A stretch of DNA of 36,025 nucleotides from Octopus sinensis (taxonomy: Eukaryota): positions 1 to 36,025 of the forward strand of contig NW_021826231.1 of the NCBI RefSeq assembly GCF_006345805.1, in the 5' to 3' direction. Under the pieces are notes generated by a model. The model was not told where the DNA came from. It was given only the letters and a program-made list of their open reading frames with translations, and did no database searches. This document shows, piece after piece, positions 24,830 through 35,496 of the stretch; the first letter of the stretch is position 1; each line of letters begins with the position of its first letter. The position numbers and the translations under genes were made by a program.

Positions 24830-25029
24830 TCACTTTGCGTCTAATGACAGACATTCCATCGCAGCGACACATTCAGCTTCTTCAAGAGCTGCACGTAATG
24901 TTGCGTGTGTCCGTGTTTCTGGGTCGCAATTCCTGTACCATTCGTAAAGCATCAGATAGCCTTGTTTTACAGCGTCAATAGACTCATCATCAATTTTCAG
25001 TTTAGTTGTATCAACTCCTAAAAAAATTG
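24830..25029 (-). CDS. Terminal exon: Death domain C-terminal part
   Basis: Acceptor ttgtgtcttttgcag, phase 1. Encodes (A)IFLGVDTTKLKIDDESIDAVKQGYLMLYEWYRNCDPETRTHATLRAALEEAECVAAMECLSLDAK*, with TGA at 24830-24832. The pattern LG…Y-ML-EW…T…L-AL is Death-fold-like. Confidence 0.85.
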
Positions 25030-25289
25030 CTGCAAAAGACACAACAATAAGAGATAAATGCAACAACCTTAACAATATTAACAATAATATAAAAGATGTG
25101 TGTTGTTATAAACATAACAAAGAAACTATTTCAAGAGAGAAATATAAAAAAATAGCTAAGAAACAAGAAAAATATAAGACATTGTTTTCTATTTCTAGGG
25201 ATGATGAGAAAAATAACAAAGTGGTTAAATTAAAGGTGATTTAAAAAAAAACATTAATTGAAGTTTACACTTGAGAATCTTTTAAGGTA

Positions 25290-25800
25290 AACCGATGGCA
25301 GATGTGTTTGTGAAGGCAAAAGTGCATGAGAACCTAAAGAATCAACATAGGGTACCAACAGGCAAACCATTTGATCCATTCATTTCCTCTGCTCAATATT
25401 TCTGGGATAGTTGTGGGGATAGAGTCCCCTGGCATTTCTTCCATTGGGGCCTATCAGATGTAACCATCATTACATATTTTGGTTGGATTCCCAAGCATCA
25501 ACAACTAAGTCTATGGATATCATCCAACTATTTACTGCTTGGTCTACCCCTGGGTCTCCTACTCCATTGGTTTGACTTTGAGAACCTGTCTTGTAATTCA
25601 TTCCTGCGACATTCTGATCACATGTCCTAGGTACCAGAGATGTGAAGAAGTGGCTCAACCTGGAGAGACTCCCAAATCTCTGAACTATAAATCCTATTGG
25701 GCAACATTACTCCAGAGACCCTTCAGAGAAATCCCATATATCTGTCTTAATCTGGCAGATTTCAGATCTGATATTCAAAGGTCATGAAAGTAATGTCTCT
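25290..25800 (-). mobile_element. Degraded RTE-clade LINE 3' fragment in an intron
   Basis: Minus frames give ESLQVEPLLH…GHVIRMSQE.ITRQVLKVKP…, with stops. Confidence 0.65.
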
Positions 25801-26535
25801 CTGTGAAATCAATCACCTTGCAAAGTTCCCAAAATGACACTGAAAATCAAATGAATAATGATAGACCAACAGTCGATTATTCTCAGTCAAATCCAATCCT
25901 TTTTGAATCTACTCCAGATTCAATCAATTCTCCTGAACCCATTCAGTTATTCTTATGTCTCAGTGAGAGAGAGAGACCAGCCATGGTCTGGCTTCACTTG
26001 TGAATATTCATTTTCTGTCAAATTTCCTTAAAGCCATTCTCTCTTTTTGGATGTGGGGAATATGATATGATTTGGCTGTGTCACCCCTACACTAAGTCTG
26101 TTTTTACTGAAGCATTTACAAACATATGTCATGTTGTAAAGTTATTCCAATATGGCAATATAAATTGCAATTATCACATTCAAACACAATAACCCAATCC
26201 CTAATGGCTTCAAGAAGACCCTAACTCATGGTCTTTTGATGGAGTAAAGACGAACCAAAAACGTTGTCATTAACTCAGCTGTTTACCCTTAACATATTTT
26301 TCTTCTTTCTTCCAATATTAAATGCTACTTGTATTTTCTTGTGTATCCATAATTACCAACCTCAGTGGATACTTTATGAAATACCAGTAATATCATTAAT
26401 AGAATTTATTTTGCAGCTAACCATTCCACTGGAAATTAGGAATGTAACCTGTTCTCTTTCATCCTGACAAATGAAATAGCTCAGGTGAATGTAAAATTTA
26501 TAGAAATCAATTAGGTAGTGTAATTTTATACTCAC

Positions 26536-26607
26536 CTACTTGCCACCAATCTCTTCCTAACCTCTTAGCCACTCTCAGAAGATCCTTCTCCTTCAGCTCT
26601 GGACTCC
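26536..26607 (-). CDS. Internal exon (72 nt): Death domain helices 1-2
   Basis: tatttatttcag|GG…GTAG|gtgagt, phase 1/1. Encodes (G)SPELKEKDLLRVAKRLGRDWWQV, which joins AIFLG to give the L..LA..LG.DW..LA..LG Death-domain pattern. Confidence 0.88.
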
Positions 26608-26854
26608 CTGAAATAAATATTTCCAAATTTTATAATTTATACTAAATTTCTTAATCTTTATTCTTGAGGCATGCTTATCATCAATGGTCAACTGGTGACC
26701 ACTATGATTTTGGTCAACCTTTTTAATCTATGTAATAGCTCAATATTTTGGTCCACAACAAAATAGATTCAACTTCTTAAACTTCGTCTCTCTATCAAGA
26801 CATCCTACATAATCTAACAATGTTGCATTTATCACATTTAATTATCATTTGATA

Positions 26855-27860
26855 AGACTATTTTTCTCACAGTTCTCTATTTCCCTTCTTATATCTGTAC
26901 CAAACCTGTGACATGACTTCACTCACCAACATTTTTCTCATCTTCTGCTTAATTCTAATGTCAAACAAGGTGTTTTCCAAAGACCTAATCACAAATACAC
27001 GGCAGACAAATTCATGTAGGATAAACATACACCTGACATCTTTGTTAAGGGTTGATGTTGGTAATCTTGAATCGTAACTCCGCACATCCCAGTTCACAAG
27101 AACATCATCTGATTCAGGAAATATTTTAAGACTCCTTAATAAAGAAGTTCTTTAAAACCCTTTATTCCCCAAAAGTTTTGGCTTATCTATTGCTTATAAG
27201 ATGTCTTCTTTTTGTGCTATTATCTCGATGCCTCTACTCTTGTGGGACAATGAGGTAGTGTACCATCACCCTAAACAGTTTCTCTTTAACCTTTGACATG
27301 CTTTCTTCTGCTACTTTGAATTTCACTTATTTCTGCTGAGCTTTGGCAAATGACGGCAACATTTATTTGCCTTCACCCTATTCTTGACCAACTAATTAAT
27401 TAATACAGTCTATTCAGAACTATTTGCATATCCTTTTGCTCTGTTGTTTGTTTTCTTATGTCATCCATTAATGTCGTCTTAGGGGACTTCACTCGAGTTA
27501 TTTCTTCTGATCAATCTGCTGATCTAATAAACATTTCCATAACAAGTACAAACAAAATGACTGATATTGTGCAACCCACGGCAATTCCAGTCTCCAGACA
27601 ATGCGAGTCTGTTGTGAAATATTCTGTCCTGAAGCACATTTTGAAATTATTACAGCAACTCTTCATTAGATTCTCAATCTTTTCTCGTATATAAAAGACG
27701 TCCGTTGTTTTCAGCAACAACTCGTGTAGTACAGAACGATAAGCATTAACCTGATCAAGCCATACAACATTCAAATCGTTTTTGTTCTTCTTTGTATCTT
27801 CTATCGCATCCCAGATTCAAAATGCAAGTTCCACACATTCAGGGATTCCTGTCTTCTCTC
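26855..27860 (-). mobile_element. Degraded RLE-type LINE RT fragment (HERO/NeSL-like)
   Basis: GIPECVELAF*IWDAIEDTKKNKNDLNVVWLDQVNAYRSVLHELL…LETGIAVGCTISVILFVLVME. GCTISVILF is the RT motif typical of HERO-like elements. Stops are present. Confidence 0.7.
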
Positions 27861-27861
27861 T

Positions 27862-28079
27862 TTTACTCTTTACTCTTTTATTTGTTTCAGTGAGCTGACT
27901 GTGGCCATGCTGGAGCACCGCTTTTAGTCGAGCATATCAACCCCAGGACTTATTCTTTGTAAGCCTGGTACTTATTCTATTGGTCTCTTTTCTCGAACAA
28001 ATAAGTTACGGGGACGTAAACAAACCAGCATCGGTTGTCAAGTGATGTTGGGGGAACAAACACAGACACACAAGCATAT

Positions 28080-28122
<43 letters not shown>

Positions 28123-28275
28123 ACGAGTTTATTTCTGTTTCCGTCTACCAAATCCACTCAAAAGGCCTTGCTCGGCCCGAGGCTATAGTAGAAGACAATT
28201 GTCCAAGGTGCCACGCAGTGGGAATGAACCCGGAACCATGTGGTCGGTAAGCAAGCTACTTACCACACAGACACT
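27862..28275 (-). mobile_element. SINE family A
   Basis: Same organisation as 21190-21580. Confidence 0.85.
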
Positions 28276-28719
28276 CTTTAATAGAATTACTTTACAGTTA
28301 AACTTTCAAAAAACGCAATTTGTTACATTATTGAGAGACATTCCTATCAGCAATGGTCAATTGGTAACCATTATGATTTTGGTCCACATTTTTCTAGTTT
28401 CTGTTCACCTGTTTACCCCTACACAACAACATATCTTAGTTCTTGGTTCCAAAAGACAATATTAACTCTATTGTGTTTTCTAATTTATCCATTTTTCCAT
28501 CCAAGGCAACAAAGATTTTATGAAATTTCAGCGATATATTTCATCGACTCCTTTTGCAGCTAACATTTCAAATGGAGATTAGAGATGGGCCCTGTTCTCA
28601 GTCCTTCTGACAAACAAAACAGCTCAGGGGGTGGAGAATTTATAGGAATCAGTTAGGTACATTGATTTCTATAAATTTTTCCATTGCTTGTGTTTTATGG
28701 CAACGAATTGGTCATAGCA

Positions 28720-28930
28720 AGTGGAGGCGCAGGGCTTAATGGTTAGGGTATTTGACTCATGATTGTAAGATTGGGGTTTCGATTCCTTCACCAGGCAATA
28801 CGTGCGTTCTTGAGCAAAACACTTCCATTCACTCAGCTGGCAAAAATAAGTAATTTTACAGCGAACTAGTGTCCTATTCAGGGAGGAATGTATACGCTAG
28901 AGAAACCGGGAAACCAACCCTATGCCTCTT
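28720..28930 (+). mobile_element. tRNA-derived SINE, third family
   Basis: ggaggcgcagggcttaatggttagg…ggtttcgattcc (A/B boxes) followed by ttcttgagcaaaacact. It interrupts the duplicated intron unit. Confidence 0.65.
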
Positions 28931-28969
28931 ATGGGATAACATAATTAGGTACAGTTATTTCATACTCAC

Positions 28970-29020
28970 CAACTGGTCCTGCCACCATCTGGACTTCCAT
29001 ATTTGACGAATTTGGACCAA
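28970..29020 (-). CDS. Internal mini-exon (51 nt): RING-Death linker
   Basis: tgtatttttcag|TT…GTTG|gtgagt, phase 1/1, open frame (V)GPNSSNMEVQMVAGPV. It is optional for the reading frame. Confidence 0.68.
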
Positions 29021-29514
29021 CTGAAAAATACATTTCAAAGTGGTTTTAGTAAAATTTCTTTATCCTTTCTAATAATCGATATTTTATTATTGTGAGACAT
29101 TCGTGTCATCACTGATGACAACATGCTTTTGTAGAACATTTGTATGCTTTCTACAGTGGGTCCAAGTAATGGTTCAATATTTAAGTCCACAACAGAATAG
29201 ACTACACTTAACAACCCTTCTCTGTCTCTTAAGTCATCCAACAATTCTAACAATTCTGAAATTATTTCATTTAATTATCCCCTAATAACCGATTTTCTCT
29301 TAGCTTCGTTTTGGTTTTCTTATGTTTGTGCCAGATCTATGACAAGACATCTCTAATCAACATTCGTCTCATCTTCTGCTTAAATCCAGTGTCAACCAAG
29401 TTGAGCATCGAAGTCCTAGCCTCAAACACGACACACCACTTCCAGACGGATATATATCTATATCTATCTATTTGTTTTGCAAGATTTTTGATGTGAAATC
29501 GTGTGTTGAAACAG

Positions 29515-30016
29515 ATATTGTTGTATTTAGGAATGGTCATTTTGCCAGTTTAGCCAATAAAAACACACGCACTATATATTTAGTGTTACTTTGCTTCAGC
29601 GTTATTTATTTTTTACTTTAATCTTAATCTTATTTCGGCAAGAGTTCTTTCATCACACTCCTGTGACCTCATCAGTGGTCCTTTGCTTTCTTCTTTCTTA
29701 TTTGTGTGTCTCTCCTTACTAACCATCAGCCCTTTTGTATTTTGTATTCCTATTGTACGTGTCTTCATTTGCGCATGCGTATATCTTTATGTGTGTCTAT
29801 GTTTAGTTAGTGTGCGTGGGGGGGGGTTGAAGTGCCTGTAATATTTGTATCTTCTGTTTATATACGTACGTGTAATTTGTTTTTGCTTTTGGCCGAAATA
29901 AGATTAAGATTAATGTAAAAAATAAATAAGACTGAAGCAAAGTAACACCAAATATATAGTGCGTGTGTTTTTATTGGCTAAACTGGCAAAATGACCATTC
30001 CCAAAAACAACAATAT
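29515..30016. mobile_element. Fold-back element with about 125-bp inverted arms (29515-29639 / 29892-30016) and a partial hammerhead core
   Basis: The arms are reverse complements with few mismatches. The core CUGAUGA…GCCGAAA lies on the minus strand at 29675-29633. A short piece of the same terminus is at about 21598-21625. Confidence 0.75.
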
Positions 30017-30892
30017 ATCTATCTATCTATCTCTCTCTCTCTATATATATATATATATAGATAGATATATATGTATATATATATACACTTGCTCTCTTTG
30101 TTATTGGTTACTACTAGTAATCTTTAATTTTAATTACCCACATCACAGTTCTCCAGAATGTAATCAGATGTGGGGAAATATCTGAAGATATTTCAATGTC
30201 ATTCATCCTCCTGAATAAAGCAGGTCGAACAGAAAGTGACATCAGGTCTAACAGGAAGTGATATCTTGTGTCCTAAATTAAAACACTATATTCACACAAA
30301 ACCTCATTAACGACATAAAACTTGTCATCCACGCATTATTGCTGTGAAAATATTTGAAACGGTTCAGAAGAACTGATACTCAGGAATACTAATCTATACA
30401 TCAATCAAAGTTTCCCACCCTTTTGATGTCCCCTCTCTAATGTTGGTCCCTAAACCCTCAGTTGAGATTTTCTTATTGAGTCTCCTATTTTATAAAGGCT
30501 CACTCTGATATTCATATAAATGCAGTTGTTTTTAATTATCGGCTTCCGAAGATATTGATAAATCATTAATCACTCTAATCACACACAAGATGTCGGTATT
30601 TACTGATAGAACCTTGGTGATTTATTGGTATTTAGTCACCATTTATAATTCAGTATTCTTTATTATTTTTATGTTGCAGAAAGCAACCATCTTGAAGTGT
30701 GACAAGTCTTCTAATTGGACAAGAACAATGTTTAGTGGGAGTAGTGAGAGAGACATAATATGACAGAGAAAAGACACCTGGAACATCTTTTATCAAAAGT
30801 GTGCTTGATTAAGTCAGAACTGGATCTACACAACAACATGAAATGCAATATTCCACACCATAAAGCCCAAGAGACAAACAGACAGATCTTAC

Positions 30893-31035
30893 CCAAACTA
30901 TTTTTGCTCGTTATATTCTGTCCACACTTGAGGCATTGTTTAGGTATCTTTTGGGGACAGCATTTCTTACACAGCGAAAGATGTTTACATGGAAAGAACG
31001 TCTCTGTGGCCACTTCGTCTTCACAAAACACACAT
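30893..31035 (-). CDS. Internal exon (143 nt): C3HC4 RING finger
   Basis: ttttgttcctcag|A…TTGG|gtaaga, phase 2/1. Encodes CVFCEDEVATETFFPCKHLSLCKKCCPQKIPKQCLKCGQNITSKNSL, spaced C-x2-C-x11-C-x-H-x3-C-x2-C-x8-C-x2-C. Confidence 0.9.
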
Positions 31036-31367
31036 CTGAGGAACAAAAACATGAACACATCCCATTAATAACATTCATTTATAACAAATATTACATTGTG
31101 TGCATATTTACAGTAGAGAATATTATGCGACACCACAATTAAACAATTACATATGGGCGAATTTGTGAGTATATAAATGCAGACACAGAAACACAGACAC
31201 ACAGACACAGACACAGGCACACACACACACACACATACACACACATATATATATATAAATGGACACAAATATTAATAAGTATATGTCATGACATTGATAC
31301 ATCACAAAAACTGATTTACGCAAAGTGAACAACATATATTCCAGAAATATAATTCACTTATATATAT

Positions 31368-31437
<70 letters not shown>

Positions 31438-31523
31438 CCGAGTCAGTCGCCATGATAGATTGTTAGCCGCTACACACATTTTTTTCTCTCCTTGTTTCTA
31501 TCCTTGTTTTTTTTTCCGTGTCC

Positions 31524-31559
31524 CTTTCTGTAGAAGAGCGAAGGCTCGAAACGTAAAAG
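31524..31559 (+). ncRNA. Minimal type I hammerhead-like motif with a core variant (A6U)
   Basis: CUUU-CUGUAGA-A-GAGC-GAAG-GCUC-GAAA-C-GUA-AAAG. Stems I and II are perfect and stem III ACGU is palindromic (needs a dimer). It lies in a roughly 200-bp element (31435-31622) between (TA/TG)n tracts. Confidence 0.6.
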
Positions 31560-31727
31560 ACTTTTTCTATTCCTTCAATACCACCTGTCATCGTCTTTTG
31601 TTTTTTTCGTAAACTCTCCCTATATATATATATATATGTATATATATGTATGTGTGTGTGTGTGTGCGTATATGTATATATATCTATATATATATATATA
31701 AAATAAAAACATGATGCGAAGGATTCA

Positions 31728-31805
31728 GCGGTACATATGTTTCGGGCCTTTATTAGACAGATTTATAACAATGCATAATGTATGTCTGTGGCCTTCTTCA
31801 GCCGC
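31728..31805 (-). ncRNA. Type I hammerhead motif (left arm of the palindrome)
   Basis: Mirror image of 32083-32160. Confidence 0.72.
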
Positions 31806-32082
31806 GCACAACAGCTTCCACAAGGACATGTGTTACATCAAAAATTCTTGGTTGGGGATGCAAATCCTCTCATTCACGCACGACATAATGCGGCAGCAGC
31901 ATAGAGTTGAAGCGTCCATCTCTTTCTTCTCTCAATGTAGAATCATTCTACATTGAGAGAAGAAAGAGATGGACGCTTCAACTCTATGCTGCTGCCGCAT
32001 TATGTCGTGCGTGAATGAGAGGATTTGCATCCCCAACCAAGAATTTTTGATGTAACACATGTCCTTGTGGAAGCTGTTGTGC

Positions 32083-32160
32083 GCGGCTGAAGAAGGCCAC
32101 AGACATACATTATGCATTGTTATAAATCTGTCTAATAAAGGCCCGAAACATATGTACCGC
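32083..32160 (+). ncRNA. Type I hammerhead motif (right arm of the palindrome)
   Basis: GCGG-CUGAAGA-AGGCC-ACAGA…UCUGU…GGCCC-GAAA-CAUAU-GUA-CCGC. Stem I is GCGG/CCGC and stem III ACAUAUGU is palindromic. The base of stem II is an A·C mismatch. Predicted cut after 32156. Confidence 0.72.
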
Positions 32161-32290
32161 TGAATCCTTCGCATCATGTTTTTATTTTATTTTGATCAAT
32201 TTACTCCACCACCTACACCACCAAACGGTATACACAGGTGCTTATAATTATCAAGTACTCACCCCGAATTTCTATATATATATATATATA

Positions 32291-33793
32291 CACGGGGGGA
32301 AATAAATATTCGTGCATGTCAAAATTCTTTATTTATTTAATTTCTAATGAACATAAATGGGATATACCACTATTAAATATTTGCATACAGATGCATAAAC
32401 TAAGAATATGCAAAAGAAACTAATAAATTATAGTAACTAAGGAATTTATATAAAATTATAAATATTTAGGGGTGAAAAAAGTATTCGTGCAGAATATAAA
32501 TAACTGATAATTCTGATATGATACTTCGTAGCATAACCATTATTCAGTTCCACTTCAACCAATCTCTTCTTGTAGTTCTTCACCAATGACTCGCATGTTT
32601 CTTTAGGAATTTTTTCCTATTCTTCTTGACAAATTTTCTTCAAATCTGTAATGCATGTTGGGGCTCTTGAATTTCAGTTTTCAAATAACGCCACAAATTT
32701 TCAATGGGGTTCAAGTCAGGTGACAGGCTTGGCCATTACAATAATTTTATATTGTGATTGACAATCCATATTTGGTAGACTTCACCGTGTGCTTAGGGCC
32801 GTTACCCTGTTGTAAAACCCACCCTTCACAAAGCTGGAGCTTTTCAACAGAGTCGCATAAATTATTGTTCAAAATATTTTGGTACATCTCTGCATTCATT
32901 CTACCATCTATCACATGTCAATTGCCAGTACCATTTGCAGAGAAACACCCCCACACCTCCAATCTTTACGGTAGGAATTGTGTTTTTACTCCAAACATGG
33001 GTAAGCGAATTTCGTCCAAACAATTCAATTTTCGTCTCGTCTGTCCATAGAACATTTTCCCAGAATGTATCAGATTTATCTTTATGTTCATAACAAATTT
33101 TAAACGGGCATCTCTATGCCTTTTAGTCAACAGAGGAGTTTTTCTAGGAGAGCGTGACTTCAGTTCATTCCTATGAAAACTCCTTTCTGGTGATTATTGC
33201 GTTTTTTTCCGATTCTTCGCTTCATTTTTCTTAAAGATCTTGGGGAAATCTTGCGTGGTGCTCCGGATCTTATTCTGTTTTCAACAGTTCCCGATTCCTT
33301 ATATCTTTGAATAAATGAAGATATGGTAGTAAGCGGAATACAAAGTGTCTCTGATATTTTCCTGTAATTTTTACCTACTTTCTACAGTTCAATAATTAAG
33401 TTTTTCACTGAATTTGCGAGTTCTTTACTTTTCGCCATTATTGCGATATCACTTTATGTTGTCTCAGTGCTGAATGAAGAAGCTAGTGTTTTGACACTCA
33501 AAAATGAAAACTGATAAGATTATTGGAATAAACAAGAAATTTCTAGTAAAAAAATATTTTAACAGTATTTTGTGGCATAGAAAATCATACATTTATTCTG
33601 TACGAATACTTTTTTCACCCCTAAATATTTATGATTGTATATAAATTCATTAGTTACTATAATTTATTAGTTTCTTTTGCATATTCTTAGTTTATGCATG
33701 TATATGCAAATATAGTATTGGTATATCCCATTTATGTTCATTAGAAATTAAATAAAGAATTTTGACAGACGAATATTTATTTCCTCCCCACAG
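32291..33793 (-). mobile_element. Tc1/mariner DNA transposon, degenerate, with about 200-bp TIRs
   Basis: TIRs at about 32291-32490 and 33600-33793 in TA context. Transposase remnant from about 33438 to 32515 (MAKSKEL…WTDETKIELFG…QQGNGPKHT…WPSLSPDLNPIENLW). The second catalytic Asp appears replaced and there are frameshifts. Confidence 0.88.
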
Positions 33794-33816
33794 TATATAT
33801 ATATATAATATATATA

Positions 33817-33866
<50 letters not shown>

Positions 33867-33867
33867 T

Positions 33868-34277
33868 TCTCTCTTTTCTCTTTTTACTTGTTTCAGTCAT
33901 TTTGACTGCGGCCATGCTGGTGCACCGCCTTTAATCGAGTAACACGACCCCGGGACTTATTCTTTGTAAGCCCAGTACTTATTCTATCGGTCTCTTTTGC
34001 CGAACCGCTAAGTGACGGGGACATAAACACACCAGCATTGGTTGTCAAGCAATGCTAGGGGGACAAACACAGACACACAAACATACACACACATACATAT
34101 ATATACATATATACGACGGGCTTCTTTCAGTTTCCGTCTACCAAATCCACTCACAAGGCTTTGGTCGGCCCAAGGCTATAGTAGAAGACACTTGCCCAAG
34201 GTGCCACACAGTGGGACTGAACCCGGAACCATGTGGTTGGTAAACAAGCTTCTTACCACACAGCCACTCCTGCGCCT
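33868..34277 (-). mobile_element. SINE family A, full length, well preserved
   Basis: Minus-strand head aggcgcaggagtggctgtgtgg…ggttcagtcccactgtgtggcaccttgggcaagtg and tail gactgaaacaagtaaaa. Confidence 0.88.
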
Positions 34278-34814
34278 ATATATGTATATATATGTATATA
34301 TATATATATATACATGTATGTATCTATGTATGCATGTATAAATACGTATGTATGTATGTATGTATCCATGTATGTACACTCATTGTATGTGTTTGTAGGC
34401 GATTTTCTCAGGATAGCTCACATGGACATGACTGGGTGGGACAGAGAAAACAGAGGAACAATCTGTTGGTAGACAGATAAATTCCATCACTTCACTATTT
34501 ACTTCTACATTTTCTCATTCGTCCCAAATCTTTAAAATAGGGAATTGAGAGAGGTGGGTGGGGATTTTAGGAGAGGTATAACAGTCAACGCAACCAATCA
34601 TTTGAATGTAATCAAAATAGTGTCCTTTCTTTTAATTAGCTTAACATCTGCATATTGTTTATTGTTCTTCTTACTGTTGTTGTCTAACCTTTCATTAAGC
34701 TACTAAGACAGTATAATGTATCAGTAGAATTAAAACAATAGAAACATATAAACATGGTTATATACAAAACAGAAAATGTAATGGTTTATCTTGTCATTGC
34801 CAGTGAATACTTAC

Positions 34815-34990
34815 TGCGGTGAGAATAACGTCTTTAACATCTTTTTTAAATCTTCCTCTTCTATTAGGTCCAATGGTGTTCTGCCAATTTTGTTTTTACA
34901 GTAAAAGTTGGCCCCGTGGTGGGCTAGGTAGCTGGCAACTACCACACCAGAGCACCTTTCTTCGTTTCCCAGTTTCAGCTCTACGCAGAA
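34815..34990 (-). CDS. Internal exon (176 nt): last ankyrin repeat and linker (Mind bomb-like)
   Basis: catcatttgtag|TTC…CCGCA|gtaagt, phase 0/2. Encodes FCVELKLGNEERCSGVVVASYLAHHGANFYCKNKIGRTPLDLIEEEDLKKMLKTLFSP(Q). GA…N..G.TPLDL is an ankyrin signature, and the phase matches the RING exon. Confidence 0.88.
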
Positions 34991-35496
34991 CTACAAATGA
35001 TGAAATATAAAATGATGAGTTAAAGATTACACAAACATATACAAAGGTACCCCAAATTACACAACAGTTCAACTACATTTTCACATAGTTTGTTTCCCCA
35101 GTGATTAAACTATTCACACAGCGTTGATTTCTTACATCATCTCTTAGTTGAGTCCACTTTTCATTATCATTTGTTTTTACTTTACGCTCTACATTAAGAC
35201 AAAAATTATGATCATTATATTGAACAAAACGCACATTAGTGGTCAACGTTATTGCTTAACAATGATATTTAATGAGTAAATATTTACTTGCCAATCACAA
35301 ATGTCACAAACTATTCAATAAAAACACAATATAAAGTTATTATAACATCAAGTCAAATATACAAAATATAAGGACAGAAATGTCACAATAATGAAAGACA
35401 ACAAACCAACAAGAACCTATCTCTACAACTGGCTTGATAAAGCCAAATGGCCATAGCAAGAGAAATACTTACGGAAGAGTATTGTACATATAAGTA

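Larger units (their letters stand above)
31698..32190. repeat. Perfect palindrome: 246-bp arms with a 1-nt spacer (centre 31944)
   Basis: Position x pairs with 63888-x from 31698 to 31943. The mirror ORFs 31711-31956 and 31932-32177 differ only at the centre codon. Confidence 0.95.

Noticed and set aside
31711-32177. Two identical 81-aa ORFs
   Set aside because: A consequence of the palindrome. No recognisable domain, and they overlap the ribozyme antisense strand.
33868-34277. tRNA genes in SINE heads
   Set aside because: A/B boxes are present, but no intact cloverleaf was evident and each continues into a SINE body.
35473-35496. Possible 24-nt micro-exon (YLYVQYSS) using the Helitron CTAG as acceptor and GTAAGT as donor
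   Set aside because: The phase fits, but there is no polypyrimidine tract or sequence similarity to support it. It needs RNA-seq.
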